In this document: one piece after another, positions 20,118 through 30,149 of the stretch
Layout: each line of letters begins with the position of its first letter
How positions within the stretch are numbered: position 1 is the stretch's first letter
DNA from: Bacteroidales bacterium M6
GTDB lineage: Bacteria; Bacteroidota; Bacteroidia; Bacteroidales; Muribaculaceae
NCBI GenBank assembly: GCA_001689485.1
Contig: LUJQ01000003.1
Location: forward strand, 34,677 to 98,676
Reading direction: 5' to 3'
DNA: 64,000 nt
Notes under the pieces: model-generated
Seen by the model: the letters and a program-made list of their open reading frames with translations, nothing else
The model's database searches: none
Told to the model about the DNA's origin: nothing
Made by a program: the position numbers and the translations under genes

Positions 20118-20545
20118 AAAGCGTTGTTTAACAATGCAAGGGCCTTATCCTCATTGGCTTCCATAATCTCCCGTTCCCCCGGACCTTTATCGTTGATGCC
20201 GCAAAGGTGAAGAACCCCGTGAATGATTACACGCAGCAACTCACGCTCATAGGTCGCCCCGACCAGTTCCGCATTGGTGCGCACCGTGTCGAGCGATATA
20301 AACATATCCCCCCGGAGCAGCCTGCCACGGCAATCGTCAAATGTAATTATATCCGTATAATAATCGTGATTCAGAAACTGCCGGTTAACCTCCAGGATAC
20401 GCTCGTCATTACAGAAAACATATGACAGACAGCCCGGGATGCGTCCATGCGATTCGGCAACCGCCGTTATCCATTCGCGCAATACGGCAAAATCAAGCCG
20501 GGGCATTTCAACCCCCTCGGCAAACCATTGAAACCTTTCGTCCAT
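20114..20545 (-). CDS. ybeY: rRNA maturation RNase YbeY
   Basis: HDYYTDIITF and HGVLHLCGIND; overlaps mnmG start by 4 nt. Confidence 0.93.
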   Translation of the reverse strand: MDERFQWFAEGVEMPRLDFAVLREWITAVAESHGRIPGCLSYVFCNDERILEVNRQFLNHDYYTDIITFDDCRGRLLRGDMFISLDTVRTNAELVGATYERELLRVIIHGVLHLCGINDKGPGEREIMEANEDKALALLNNAL

Positions 20546-20555
20546 CCAGTTGATA

Positions 20556-20731
20556 TTAAGAGATTGTCTAAAAAATTTTTCAAATGGATTGTCTGCTGAT
20601 TTTTAGGCTCTTTTTGGTAAATTTTTAGCTTTTCATCGGTCACGATGCCAGCATCGCTCCCTCTTCAAACCTCAAAATTTACTCAAAAACACCTCTAAAA
20701 ATCTTTTGGAAAAATTTTTAGACAACCTTAA
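20556..20731. mobile_element. MITE-like non-autonomous element
   Basis: Imperfect terminal inverted repeats AGATTGTCTAAAAAATTTTT / AAAAATTTTTAGACAACCT, nested internal inverted repeats, TTAA at both flanks; left end recurs at 38726-38742. Confidence 0.55.
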
Positions 20732-20868
20732 GACAAAATTACTTACAAAGATACGGAAAAGAATCGGAAACCAGAAGCCGTAACTGCATGAGGATAATCA
20801 TGTAGAATAAACACGCAGGCCAACAAGCAATGTAGCTTATCCCACCTACGGGTGCCATTCCTCCCCCT

Positions 20869-22101
20869 TTATCTGAAAAACACATAGGCAGCAAAAACAC
20901 CGGCCACCGACCCTGCTATATCTGCCATAAGGGCATAAGTAACCGCATAGCGGGTCCTTTTTATGCCTACAGAGCCGAAATAAACGGCCAGCACATAGAA
21001 CATCGTGTCGGTAGAACCCTGTATGGCGGCCGACACACGCGACACAAACGCGTCGGCGCCGTGGGTTGCCATCAGGTCGATCATCATACCTCTTGAGCCG
21101 GAACCGCTAAGTGGTTTCATAAGCGCTGTGGGAAGCGCCTCGACCCACCCGGTATCAAAACCTAATGCCGCAACGACCGAGGTCATCCACCCTGTAATCA
21201 CATCCATCGCTCCCGACGCACGAAACATACCTATAGCCACAAGGATAGCCACAAGATACGGGATAATGGTCACGGCGGTCTTGAATCCGTCGCGCGCGCC
21301 CTCTATGAAAGCCTCGTAAACATTAATCCGCTTCCACAGACCGGCGCACAAAAACAGCATTATAACCCCGAACAACATGGCATTGGCAATGAATCCCGAC
21401 CAACGTTCAACCCGGCCCCCATCCATCCCCGAGAAAAACCACACTATCCCTGCAATAACAGCACCCATCCCCACGAGCCATGCTATAAGCACAGGGTCGG
21501 TCAGACGTATGCGCTGCCTGATGCATAACGCCACAATTCCAACAAGGGTCGATATAAACGTGGCCAAAAGAATCGGAAGGAAAATATCTGTAGGATTGGC
21601 AGCACCCGCCTGGGCACGGTACATCATTATGCTTATAGGAATAAAGCAAAGCCCTGACGCATTAAGAATCAGGAACATAATCATGGCATCGGTTGCGGTG
21701 TCCTTCTCCTTGTTGAGGGTCTGCAACTCCTGCATGGCCTTAAGCCCCAGCGGGGTTGCCGCATTGTCGAGGCCGAGCATATTGGCCGAAACGTTCATGA
21801 AAATCGACCCCATTGCCGGATGCCCTTTAGGCACACCGGGAAACAGCCGGCAGAAAAGCGGCGAAATCATCTTCCCGAAAAAGCCGATTACCCCGGCCTT
21901 CTCGCCTATTTTCATCAAGCCGAGCCACAGCGAAAGAATCCCGGTCAGCCCCAGGGCAATCTCAAACGCAGTGGCAGCCGACGAGAAGGAGGCCGACATT
22001 ATCGACGACCATACGGAAAAGTCGCCAAGAACCAACGTTCGGAACAACGCGACACAAAATGCCGCTATGAAAAAAGCAATCCAGATGTAATTAAGTGCCA
22101 C
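20869..22101 (-). CDS. SpmA/SpmB-fusion nucleoside-recognition (Gate) domain membrane protein
   Basis: ANMLGLDNAATPLGLKAM, KPLSGSGS, GSTDTMFYVLAVYFG; GTG start. Confidence 0.88.
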   Translation of the reverse strand: MALNYIWIAFFIAAFCVALFRTLVLGDFSVWSSIMSASFSSAATAFEIALGLTGILSLWLGLMKIGEKAGVIGFFGKMISPLFCRLFPGVPKGHPAMGSIFMNVSANMLGLDNAATPLGLKAMQELQTLNKEKDTATDAMIMFLILNASGLCFIPISIMMYRAQAGAANPTDIFLPILLATFISTLVGIVALCIRQRIRLTDPVLIAWLVGMGAVIAGIVWFFSGMDGGRVERWSGFIANAMLFGVIMLFLCAGLWKRINVYEAFIEGARDGFKTAVTIIPYLVAILVAIGMFRASGAMDVITGWMTSVVAALGFDTGWVEALPTALMKPLSGSGSRGMMIDLMATHGADAFVSRVSAAIQGSTDTMFYVLAVYFGSVGIKRTRYAVTYALMADIAGSVAGVFAAYVFFR

Positions 22102-22529
22102 AGCAAAATGAAATGTTAGTTAACGGCGCCACACCTACGACAACCGGTTACACAAAGTTACAAAATTGCACCGAGTTTCAATATAACCGACACTCCGTCA
22201 GGACTACGATTTTTTCGCGACAAAAAGCCGAACACAGTTATTCGATGCATTACAAATTGACATACAATAACTTAAGCATCAAAAACACGACTTTTAACCG
22301 CCTGAGATTTAAAAATAGGAACAATCACGGGCATTTGTCGGCATATTTCGATTTCTGTCGGCGGAAAAATCGCTAAATTTGCACCATATTAAATAATACT
22401 CGCAAAATCGACGAGTCGAAGCCCCGGTAATGCCTGCGAACCGTTAACAACACCACTACCGCAACAAAACCGGGAAAATGCAAAAACACTAACACATCAT
22501 CTACTGCCCCCACCCAAAGATTCACAAAC

Positions 22530-23570
22530 ATGCACACAGTTTCCATCAAAGGTTTCAAGCGCGGCAAAAAAGCAGCACTACTGTTGACGTCACTCCTCCT
22601 CGCAAATGTTGCGGCAACAGGTGCGTCATTGCATCCCGACACAACTTTGATTGTAGCCCGACCGGCCACAACGGCGGCAACCGCCCAAAACGACACAATC
22701 GTAATCATCCAGTCGCCCATGACGCCGGCTCCCGATGATATTTACGATGATGAAACCGTGGTAATATCACAGCAACCCGGCGACACAACGGTGACCATTA
22801 TCGACGAACCCCTCCCCTACCCTCTCCGCTCGGAAAACGTGTCCGACGACCTAGTCCGACTCGGCGACACTTCGCATGATGTAGGAATCGCGGAATTCGC
22901 CGTACCGGCCGCGGCCTTCACCGCCGCAGCTCTTTTCGTTCGCACCCCGAAACTGGTGCAGGCGAGGGAATATGTGCAGCAAAAACTGTCGCACCATGGC
23001 AAAGACAAAACATCAATCGACAACTATATCCAATACGCGCCTGCCGTTGTAGGCTACGGCCTGGACTTCGTAGGGGTGAAGAGCCAGCATAACCTGCTTG
23101 ACCGAACCATACTCTTGGCAATGAGCTATGCCACCTTCGGCGTAATCAACTATGCCGCCAAAACGGCCTTCGGCGAAAAGCGTCCCGACAGCAACGCCAA
23201 AAACTCATTCCCCTCAGGCCATACCGGCACAGCCTTTATGGGGGCTGAATTCCTACGCCGCGAATATTGGCACAAAAGCAAATGGATTGGCGCGGCGGGC
23301 TACGCCGTGGCAATCGCCGTAGGTTACCTACGGATCCATAACGACCGGCACTGGATCAACGACGTGGTAGGCGGGGCGGCACTCGGTTATCTCAGCACAA
23401 CGTTCGCCTACTGGGTCTACCCGAAGATATTCCATAAACGCGTGCGCATGCACCGCGACGAACTCCTGCAACGCCTCACCCCGGAGCAGGAAAAGAAACG
23501 CCTTACCTGGATAGCCTCGCCATTTGCCGCCGACGGAGCCTACGGGGTTGCGGCAAGCATCATATTTTAG
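22530..23570 (+). CDS. PAP2 family phosphatase
   Basis: K......RP, SFPSGHT, R.....HWINDV motifs; signal peptide; TAAATTTG promoter near 22375. Confidence 0.85.
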   Translation: MHTVSIKGFKRGKKAALLLTSLLLANVAATGASLHPDTTLIVARPATTAATAQNDTIVIIQSPMTPAPDDIYDDETVVISQQPGDTTVTIIDEPLPYPLRSENVSDDLVRLGDTSHDVGIAEFAVPAAAFTAAALFVRTPKLVQAREYVQQKLSHHGKDKTSIDNYIQYAPAVVGYGLDFVGVKSQHNLLDRTILLAMSYATFGVINYAAKTAFGEKRPDSNAKNSFPSGHTGTAFMGAEFLRREYWHKSKWIGAAGYAVAIAVGYLRIHNDRHWINDVVGGAALGYLSTTFAYWVYPKIFHKRVRMHRDELLQRLTPEQEKKRLTWIASPFAADGAYGVAASIIF

Positions 23571-23655
23571 AAATAAAGGCCGCTCCACAGGGATTGACAA
23601 TAATCCTTTTGTGGAAACATCGGTCTAACAAAAATAACCGCATTCACATTCCGGC

Positions 23656-24498
23656 ATGGCAACGAGACAGAACATAACCGTCAACCCCGATTTTCCAGGC
23701 GCACGCCTGATTATCGAGCAAATAACCGCCTGCGGTAAACCTACCGAAGCGACCGTGATTTACGAAGGGGCACGCAACACCCTGTTCTATGTCGATGCCC
23801 CGCAACTCGCAATCCATTCCCCGAACCCGCACCGAAACGCGTTTGCGATAAACGTAAAGGCATTCCGCGTGCCACCATTCCCCAACGACTATATCTATGC
23901 CACTTTCCGGGCAGGGAAAGCAGCGCGTTCATATGAATTCGCACGACGCCTTACCGACATGGGATTCAACACCCCTGCCCCTCTCGGATATAGCGAAACC
24001 AACTCCGGCCTGCGGATTGCCGGTAACATCGGCATATGGCCGCGCCTGACCCGGAGCTACTATTTCTGCGAACAGCTCCAATTTCCCGACATGCGTTGCT
24101 GGGAAGGACGCCCCGACCGCGACGCATTGATTGAAGCTTTAGGCGCCGAAATCGGCAGGCTGCATGCCGCCGGGATATGGATGAAGGATTTTTCAACAGG
24201 AAACATCCTGGTGCAGCCACCCAAGGATTCTCCCGACGGCCACTACAGGTTCCATTATGTCGACCTGAACCGCACGGCATTCGGAGTCAAAGAACGAAGC
24301 CGCCTTATGCAGATGTTCAAAGCCCTATCCTGCTCAAGGGAAATCACACTTGACATAGCAGCCGCATATGCCAGGGCTACCGGGCGCGATATGGCCCAGG
24401 TGCAGGCCGAGGCAGGCAAGGCATTCGACACATTCCATAAACGAATGCAACGCAAACAACGCCTTAAAGCCCTTTTCCGAAGCCGCCACCGCTCTTGA
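23656..24498 (+). CDS. Lipopolysaccharide kinase-like protein (Kdo/WaaP/InaA family)
   Basis: IYEGARN, VKAF, KAARSYE, LHAAGIWMKDFSTGNIL, VDLNR. Confidence 0.8.
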   Translation: MATRQNITVNPDFPGARLIIEQITACGKPTEATVIYEGARNTLFYVDAPQLAIHSPNPHRNAFAINVKAFRVPPFPNDYIYATFRAGKAARSYEFARRLTDMGFNTPAPLGYSETNSGLRIAGNIGIWPRLTRSYYFCEQLQFPDMRCWEGRPDRDALIEALGAEIGRLHAAGIWMKDFSTGNILVQPPKDSPDGHYRFHYVDLNRTAFGVKERSRLMQMFKALSCSREITLDIAAAYARATGRDMAQVQAEAGKAFDTFHKRMQRKQRLKALFRSRHRS

Positions 24499-24558
24499 AA
24501 ACACCCTTACATCTCTCTTTTGCTGAACAAACATGCCTTAAAATTCCTTATCAATACC

Positions 24559-26274
24559 ATGAGTGCTACCCTTAAAATATATTGTAAGAATACCGGGGAA
24601 TACCTCCCCATACACGGAGGCGAAACCCTCCAGGAAATCGCCAACCGGCTTGCCCCCAGGTTGGGTACGTTGCAACTAATATGTGCCGCAGTAAATAACA
24701 AGACCGAACCGCTGCAATACCAGCTTTTCGGCCCCAAACAGGTGGAATTTCTCAGCAAGAATTCCCCGTCAGGCGCACGGGTCTACGTCCGTTCACTGTG
24801 CATGATGCTCTATTATGCCGTTAAAAAGGGATTCCCCGGATTAAGGCTGCGCATCGAGCATTCCATTGCCGGTGGATACTACTGCAGGCTGTTCACCTCA
24901 CAAAAGGAGAACCAGGATACGACACTGAACCTGTCGCCCGCACCGGAGGAGATGCCTGAAATAACATCACGCCTGCTCGAAATAATGCGCGACATACAAC
25001 GCCGCGACATCCCGTTTGAACGCAAGGAACGACTGACATCGGATATTATAGAGAAATTCCGCGAGGCCGACCTGCCCGACAAAGTGGAACTGCTCGAAAC
25101 CACTCACGAACTATACACCACATATTACCGACTTGACGGCGTTATCGACAGCTACTATGGCGCCCTGGCCCCCTCCACAGGCATACTCGACGTGTTCGAC
25201 CTCATCCCCTACAAAGAGGGCTTCCTGCTCATGGGCTTCGATAAATGCGACCCACACATACCGGCCAGGCAGGTAACCCAGGAAAAAATGTATGACGCCT
25301 ATGTCGACTACCTGCATTTCAACGAGGTAATCGGGATTGCAAACGTGGGGCAGCTCAACCGCGCCATCGAAAAGACACGGTCGGCCGACCTCATCAACGT
25401 TGCCGAGGCCATGCACGACAAAAAAATCGCTGCGATAGCCGATGAAATCACCCGCCGCTATCAAGAGGGAGGTGCACGCGTAGTACTCATCGCAGGGCCC
25501 TCGTCGTCAGGAAAGACCACTACCACTAAACGGCTCGGGATATACCTGACCACGAACCTGTTGAAGCCGAAAATGATTTCGCTCGACAACTATTTCGTAA
25601 ACCGCGAACTCACCCCGCGCGACGAAACGGGTGATTATGATTACGAATCGCTCTACTCGCTCGACCTTGAAACCTTCAACCGCGACCTGTCGGCGCTGTT
25701 ACGGGGCGAGGAAGTAGACATGCCGACATACAGCTTCGAACTCGGCAAACGTCTGTACAAAGGGAACAAACTGCGCCTGGAAAACAATTCCATCCTCCTT
25801 ATAGAAGGAATCCACGGCCTCAATCCCGAACTCACAGCCGCCATTGAGGAGCGCATGAAGTACCGCGTGTATGTATCGGCACTGACAACCCTGTCAATCG
25901 ACGACCATAACTGGATTCCCACAACCGACAACCGCCTGTTGCGCCGCATAATCCGCGACTACAAATACCGTGGTACATCTGCGGTAGAAACCATCCGCCG
26001 TTGGCCGAGCGTGCGTCGGGGCGAGGAAAAATGGATATTCCCCTACCAGGAAAACGCCGACAGCACATTCAACTCATCACTTATTTTCGAACTCGGCGTA
26101 ATGAAGGAATATGGGGAAGCCATACTGCGCGATGTCCCCAACGACACCCCTGAATATGCCGAAGCCTACCGCCTGCGCCGCTTCCTGAGCTACTTCCGCC
26201 CCATCGGCGAACGCGGTGTCCCACCGACCTCGCTCCTTCGCGAATTCCTGGGCGGCTCCTCACTCCGCTACTGA
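24559..26274 (+). CDS. Nucleoside (uridine) kinase with ThrRS-like N-terminal region
   Basis: IAGPSSSGKTT, ISLDNYF, IEGIHGLNP, DNRLLRRIIRD; N-terminal YVRSL..IEHSI..GYYC. Confidence 0.88.
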   Translation: MSATLKIYCKNTGEYLPIHGGETLQEIANRLAPRLGTLQLICAAVNNKTEPLQYQLFGPKQVEFLSKNSPSGARVYVRSLCMMLYYAVKKGFPGLRLRIEHSIAGGYYCRLFTSQKENQDTTLNLSPAPEEMPEITSRLLEIMRDIQRRDIPFERKERLTSDIIEKFREADLPDKVELLETTHELYTTYYRLDGVIDSYYGALAPSTGILDVFDLIPYKEGFLLMGFDKCDPHIPARQVTQEKMYDAYVDYLHFNEVIGIANVGQLNRAIEKTRSADLINVAEAMHDKKIAAIADEITRRYQEGGARVVLIAGPSSSGKTTTTKRLGIYLTTNLLKPKMISLDNYFVNRELTPRDETGDYDYESLYSLDLETFNRDLSALLRGEEVDMPTYSFELGKRLYKGNKLRLENNSILLIEGIHGLNPELTAAIEERMKYRVYVSALTTLSIDDHNWIPTTDNRLLRRIIRDYKYRGTSAVETIRRWPSVRRGEEKWIFPYQENADSTFNSSLIFELGVMKEYGEAILRDVPNDTPEYAEAYRLRRFLSYFRPIGERGVPPTSLLREFLGGSSLRY

Positions 26275-26297
26275 TTCACATCAGCAAACCTTGACCT

Positions 26298-26349
26298 GTT
26301 GCTCTGGTTTAACTAGTCATTCCAGTCTGGCTAGTTAAACCAAAGCAAC
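26298..26349. terminator. Long hairpin between convergent genes
   Basis: GTTGCTCTGGTTTAACTAG / CTAGTTAAACCAAAGCAAC, 19-bp stem with one mismatch; no clear U-tail. Confidence 0.45.
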
Positions 26350-26548
26350 TAGAACGACTATTAGCAAAGGCGGAACGCAGCCTTTACAGCCATTACGGTA
26401 GGCAAGCCGGGCACGTGTCATCTGTTCCCGAATCCCGCCGTCAGCTACAAATTGTCTCTGCTTTCTGATAAGCTGCAAGCTCCCTGTAATTCCCTTTTTT
26501 GCAAAGAAACGGCTGTGGCTCCATGGGAAATGTGTTTAACGGACGCCG

Positions 26549-27349
26549 TTATTTGAAAACCCACGAGATGGTGCCTGACTGGGTTGGGGCACCTTCGAGC
26601 ACCGAGAAGCGGCATTGACGTGAACGGGCGATACAGTTTTGGCGCATAGTGGCATCAGCGGCAACAGGACCCGAACTTGCGGCAGTGTCGTAAGTGGCGC
26701 TGATTACCTGCCCTTTGGCGTTGACTTTCACCCTGATTACAATTACACCCAGCTTGGTGCTACCCACCGATGTCCAACTTTCCATAGTGCGCCCTTTCAA
26801 GCCGTTACCGGGCGTTCCTGTAGTTGCCCCGTTTGCCGAACTCCCTTCGGCAGAACCGGGAGTCGATTTGCCTTTGCCGCCGAAGGCCTTCTTGGTGGCA
26901 TTGTCGGCATTCTTTTTGGCTTGCTGCTGACGTTTGGCCTCCTGCCGTTCTTTCTCGGCACGGATTTCTTCCTCAGTGGGGCCTGTCTGTTTCTTTTCAA
27001 CTTTTGCCGGCGAGGGCTGCTCCGAGGTCACAACCTTCTTAGGTTCGGCAGCTTTCCCGGCATTTTCCATATCCACGGCATCCTGGGTCGGAACCGGGTC
27101 GGTAACATCCGAAGGCGCCGGTTCGTCAGGTGGGAGGAGTTCATCAAGATTGTCGCCGGTTTTTACAAACTCACCCGAAGCATAGATGTCCTCCACTTTC
27201 TCAAGCATAATATCATGAGGCTTTTGCGGCGGCCACTCCTCCACTCCTGCAGGGGGATAGGTGAGGAATGTGCTGACGAACACCACCAGGACTACCAGGT
27301 GGAAAAGCAGTGCGCCTGCAATGGCATATATGCGTTCGGGTTTGCGCAT
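26549..27349 (-). CDS. TonB/TolA-like energy transducer
   Basis: N-terminal TM with LLFHL, Pro/Lys/Glu-rich linker, C-terminal GVIVIRVKVNAKGQVISA; follows exbBD. Confidence 0.78.
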   Translation of the reverse strand: MRKPERIYAIAGALLFHLVVLVVFVSTFLTYPPAGVEEWPPQKPHDIMLEKVEDIYASGEFVKTGDNLDELLPPDEPAPSDVTDPVPTQDAVDMENAGKAAEPKKVVTSEQPSPAKVEKKQTGPTEEEIRAEKERQEAKRQQQAKKNADNATKKAFGGKGKSTPGSAEGSSANGATTGTPGNGLKGRTMESWTSVGSTKLGVIVIRVKVNAKGQVISATYDTAASSGPVAADATMRQNCIARSRQCRFSVLEGAPTQSGTISWVFK

Positions 27350-27364
27350 GACTCGTAGTAAGGA

Positions 27365-27874
27365 TTAACGGGCTTTTCCTTGCCCCTGAGAAGCTACGGA
27401 TGATTCCCCGGCGGCTGTGGCAACCGGCATCGCCGCCCGTGAAGCCGAACCCGGCAACCCGTCAGGATTGCTCACAGGTTTGGTGGCAAGCACCATTTTC
27501 AGATTGTTGGAAGCCCCTGCGTTCAACACCTCCACAATGCGCCCGTAAGGCACTTTCTCATCTGCATAGAGAGCGATAAAGCCTGTCGAATCCTGCTGCT
27601 GCGCAAGTTGCAGGAATGTGACCAGGGCATCGATTTGCAGGGGTTGCGGCTGCTCGTCGCCGGCCGATGCGAATATGTTCTCCTCCGCATCGATGTAGAC
27701 GCGTGTAGACGGTTTTACAGCGCTCTGCTCGGTGCTCTGCGGCAATGTCACCTCAAGCCCGGTGGGGAACACGAATGTGGATGTTACCATGAAAAAGATG
27801 AGCAGCAGGAATATGACGTCGGTCATCGACGCCATCGAAAATTCCGCCATCATCCGGTTCTGACGTTTTAACAC
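27365..27874 (-). CDS. exbD: Biopolymer transporter ExbD
   Basis: SMTDVIFLLLIFFMV; LYADEKVPYGRIVEVL. Confidence 0.9.
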   Translation of the reverse strand: MLKRQNRMMAEFSMASMTDVIFLLLIFFMVTSTFVFPTGLEVTLPQSTEQSAVKPSTRVYIDAEENIFASAGDEQPQPLQIDALVTFLQLAQQQDSTGFIALYADEKVPYGRIVEVLNAGASNNLKMVLATKPVSNPDGLPGSASRAAMPVATAAGESSVASQGQGKAR

Positions 27875-27907
27875 TGTGGAAACGGGATTTTTCGGGTTAT
27901 GCCGCCA

Positions 27908-28582
27908 TCAGGCCGCAGGTTCGTTTAGAAGGTCCATGAACTCCATCGACTTTGATTCGAGAAGGTTCATGACCGAATTTATGCGTGCAACAAGGTAGTT
28001 ATAGGCAAAAAGCGCTATCACGCCGACCACCAGACCGGCCACGGTGGTGACCAGGGCGGTGTAGATACCCGACGAGAATGTGGCGATATTGGCCGAATTA
28101 CCCTCGGCGGCAATTGCATAGAATGCCTGCACCATGCCGATTACCGTGCCGAGGAACCCTAGCATCGGGGCGCCTGCCGCAGTGGTGGCAAGCCATGGCA
28201 GACCTTTCGACAGGTTGGCAATCTCGATATTGCCGGTGTTTTCAACGGCGGCAAGGATATCGTTGACCGGGCGCCCGATACGGCTTATACCTTTGGCTAT
28301 AAGGCGCGAATATGGGGAACCGTTCTTGCGGCACAGATTAAAGGCGCTTTCGATTTCACCTTCGTGGATATAGTCGCGGATACGCTGCATGAAAGTGGCG
28401 TCCTCACGGTTGGCGCGGTTAATAACGATGGCACGCTCTATAAATATATATATGGAAATCACCGACATCAAAGCGAGCACAATCATCAACGGCCCGCCTT
28501 TGAGGCAGAGATCCCACAGGGACAGTTCAAGTTCCCGGGGCAAAGCAGGCGCACCGGCTATGGCGGTATCGAGTAAGAGCAT
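27908..28582 (-). CDS. exbB: MotA/TolQ/ExbB proton channel protein
   Basis: APMLGFLGTVIGM, GIYTALVTTVAGL. Confidence 0.9.
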   Translation of the reverse strand: MLLLDTAIAGAPALPRELELSLWDLCLKGGPLMIVLALMSVISIYIFIERAIVINRANREDATFMQRIRDYIHEGEIESAFNLCRKNGSPYSRLIAKGISRIGRPVNDILAAVENTGNIEIANLSKGLPWLATTAAGAPMLGFLGTVIGMVQAFYAIAAEGNSANIATFSSGIYTALVTTVAGLVVGVIALFAYNYLVARINSVMNLLESKSMEFMDLLNEPAA

Positions 28583-28604
28583 TATAACGGATTTTAGTTG
28601 TTTG

Positions 28605-29348
28605 TTATGATTGACTTTTGGCAGGGGCAGAAGGCTTCAAAGCCGCCTTATATCGCTTGATGGTTTCCGACAGCCCTAAATATAAGGCATCGGCAATCAG
28701 CGCATGGCCTATCGACACCTCGTTGAGATAAGGCATATGCTCCTTAAAATACTGCAGGTTGTCGAGGTTGAGGTCATGCCCGGCATTCACTCCCAGCCCC
28801 ACCTTGTGGGCTGCACGCGAAGCCTCGACATAAGGGGCTACGGCCTCTTCGGGATTTTTGCCGTATCTGTCGGCATAGGGCTTTGTGTAAAGCTCCACAC
28901 GGTCGGCACCGGTCTTGGCCGCCAGGCGGATATTCTCGACGTCGGTATCCACGAAAATCGAGCTGCGGATGCCGGCCTCACGCAGGGAATCGACCACCCC
29001 TGTCAGGAACTCCATGTTGCGACCCACATCCCAGCCGCCCGACGATGTGAGTGCGTCGGGGGCATCAGGCACCAGCGTCACCTGTTCGGGCTTCACCTTA
29101 AGCACCAGGTCGATAAACTCCGGCGAAGGGTAACCCTCTATATTGAACTCTGTCTTTACAAGCGGGCGCAGCGTGAACACATCGGAACGGCGTATATGCC
29201 TCTCGTCCGGACGAGGGTGCACCGTTATGCCGTTGGCACCGAAAGCCTCGCAATCCACGGCCACACGTGCCACATCGGGCACGTTTTCACCCCTGGCATT
29301 GCGCAGGGTGGCTATCTTGTTGATATTTACACTTAGATTGGTGGTCAT
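28605..29348 (-). CDS. pdxJ: Pyridoxine 5'-phosphate synthase
   Basis: [40 protein letters not shown]. Confidence 0.96.
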   Translation of the reverse strand: MTTNLSVNINKIATLRNARGENVPDVARVAVDCEAFGANGITVHPRPDERHIRRSDVFTLRPLVKTEFNIEGYPSPEFIDLVLKVKPEQVTLVPDAPDALTSSGGWDVGRNMEFLTGVVDSLREAGIRSSIFVDTDVENIRLAAKTGADRVELYTKPYADRYGKNPEEAVAPYVEASRAAHKVGLGVNAGHDLNLDNLQYFKEHMPYLNEVSIGHALIADALYLGLSETIKRYKAALKPSAPAKSQS

Positions 29349-29726
29349 TTTTTACAAATGAAAAAAATCTATAATATCCCCCTCCGCGTTATAAGGGTAT
29401 ATGAGGAGATTAGAGAAAATTAGCTACCTTTGCCACAGGGGAAACCCCGCGCAAAGCTGACTGCAAATTTAGTCAGAAAAATCAAGAGAACCCCTTGAAC
29501 GGAGATGTTAATTTCAGCTGTTAACAGATTTTGACAATAAGGGCAGACTTTAACCCACACACGTTAAAATCGAATAAAGCTACTGCAAACAGCTTACAGT
29601 TTGTGTCATGTTAAAACACACTGTAAGAGTTTGTATAAGAAATCATCCCGGCGTCGGAGCCTCTCTCGAACCGATGTATATGAAAGCAGGCAGGCACTGC
29701 CATAACCATGCTACCGACCAGACAAT

Positions 29727-30116
29727 ATGACCCGGACTGCCAACGACACCCTTACACGTTACATGTCAGGCTCCATGCCGACCCATGAGCGGCTGGAAGC
29801 AACACTGCCGCCACATCCCGACAGCTGCGAGCTGCTGGTTGCATGCCCTCCCGGCAACTACAGCGCCTCGGCATTGGCAAAAGCCGTGGAGGATTGCGAC
29901 GCGCAATTGCTGGCGCTTTCGGTGACAGGCATGCGCGATGCCGACGGGCATCCCGTGGTCATGCTACGGGCAAACACGCGTGCAGCCGACGGGATTGCCC
30001 GCTCACTGGCCCGTTACGGTTACGAGGTAGTCCATTCCGCAGGCGACCTCACCCCTGCCGCACGTTCCGAAGCAATGGCGCGTGTGAACGAACTGCTTCA
30101 CTACCTGGAGATATAG
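29727..30116 (+). CDS. Small ACT-like protein resembling the C-terminal half of Bacteroidota CBS-domain proteins
   Basis: YSASALAKAVEDCDAQLL...SLARYGYEV...ELLHYLEI; immediately upstream of nadK. Confidence 0.55.
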   Translation: MTRTANDTLTRYMSGSMPTHERLEATLPPHPDSCELLVACPPGNYSASALAKAVEDCDAQLLALSVTGMRDADGHPVVMLRANTRAADGIARSLARYGYEVVHSAGDLTPAARSEAMARVNELLHYLEI

Positions 30117-30149
30117 CCTAACCAACAGCCGCCAGCCAACACAACCGTC

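Noticed and set aside
22102..22529. AT-rich intergenic region as oriC
   Set aside because: No cluster of TTATCCACA boxes seen and no apparent skew switch; explained by divergent promoters
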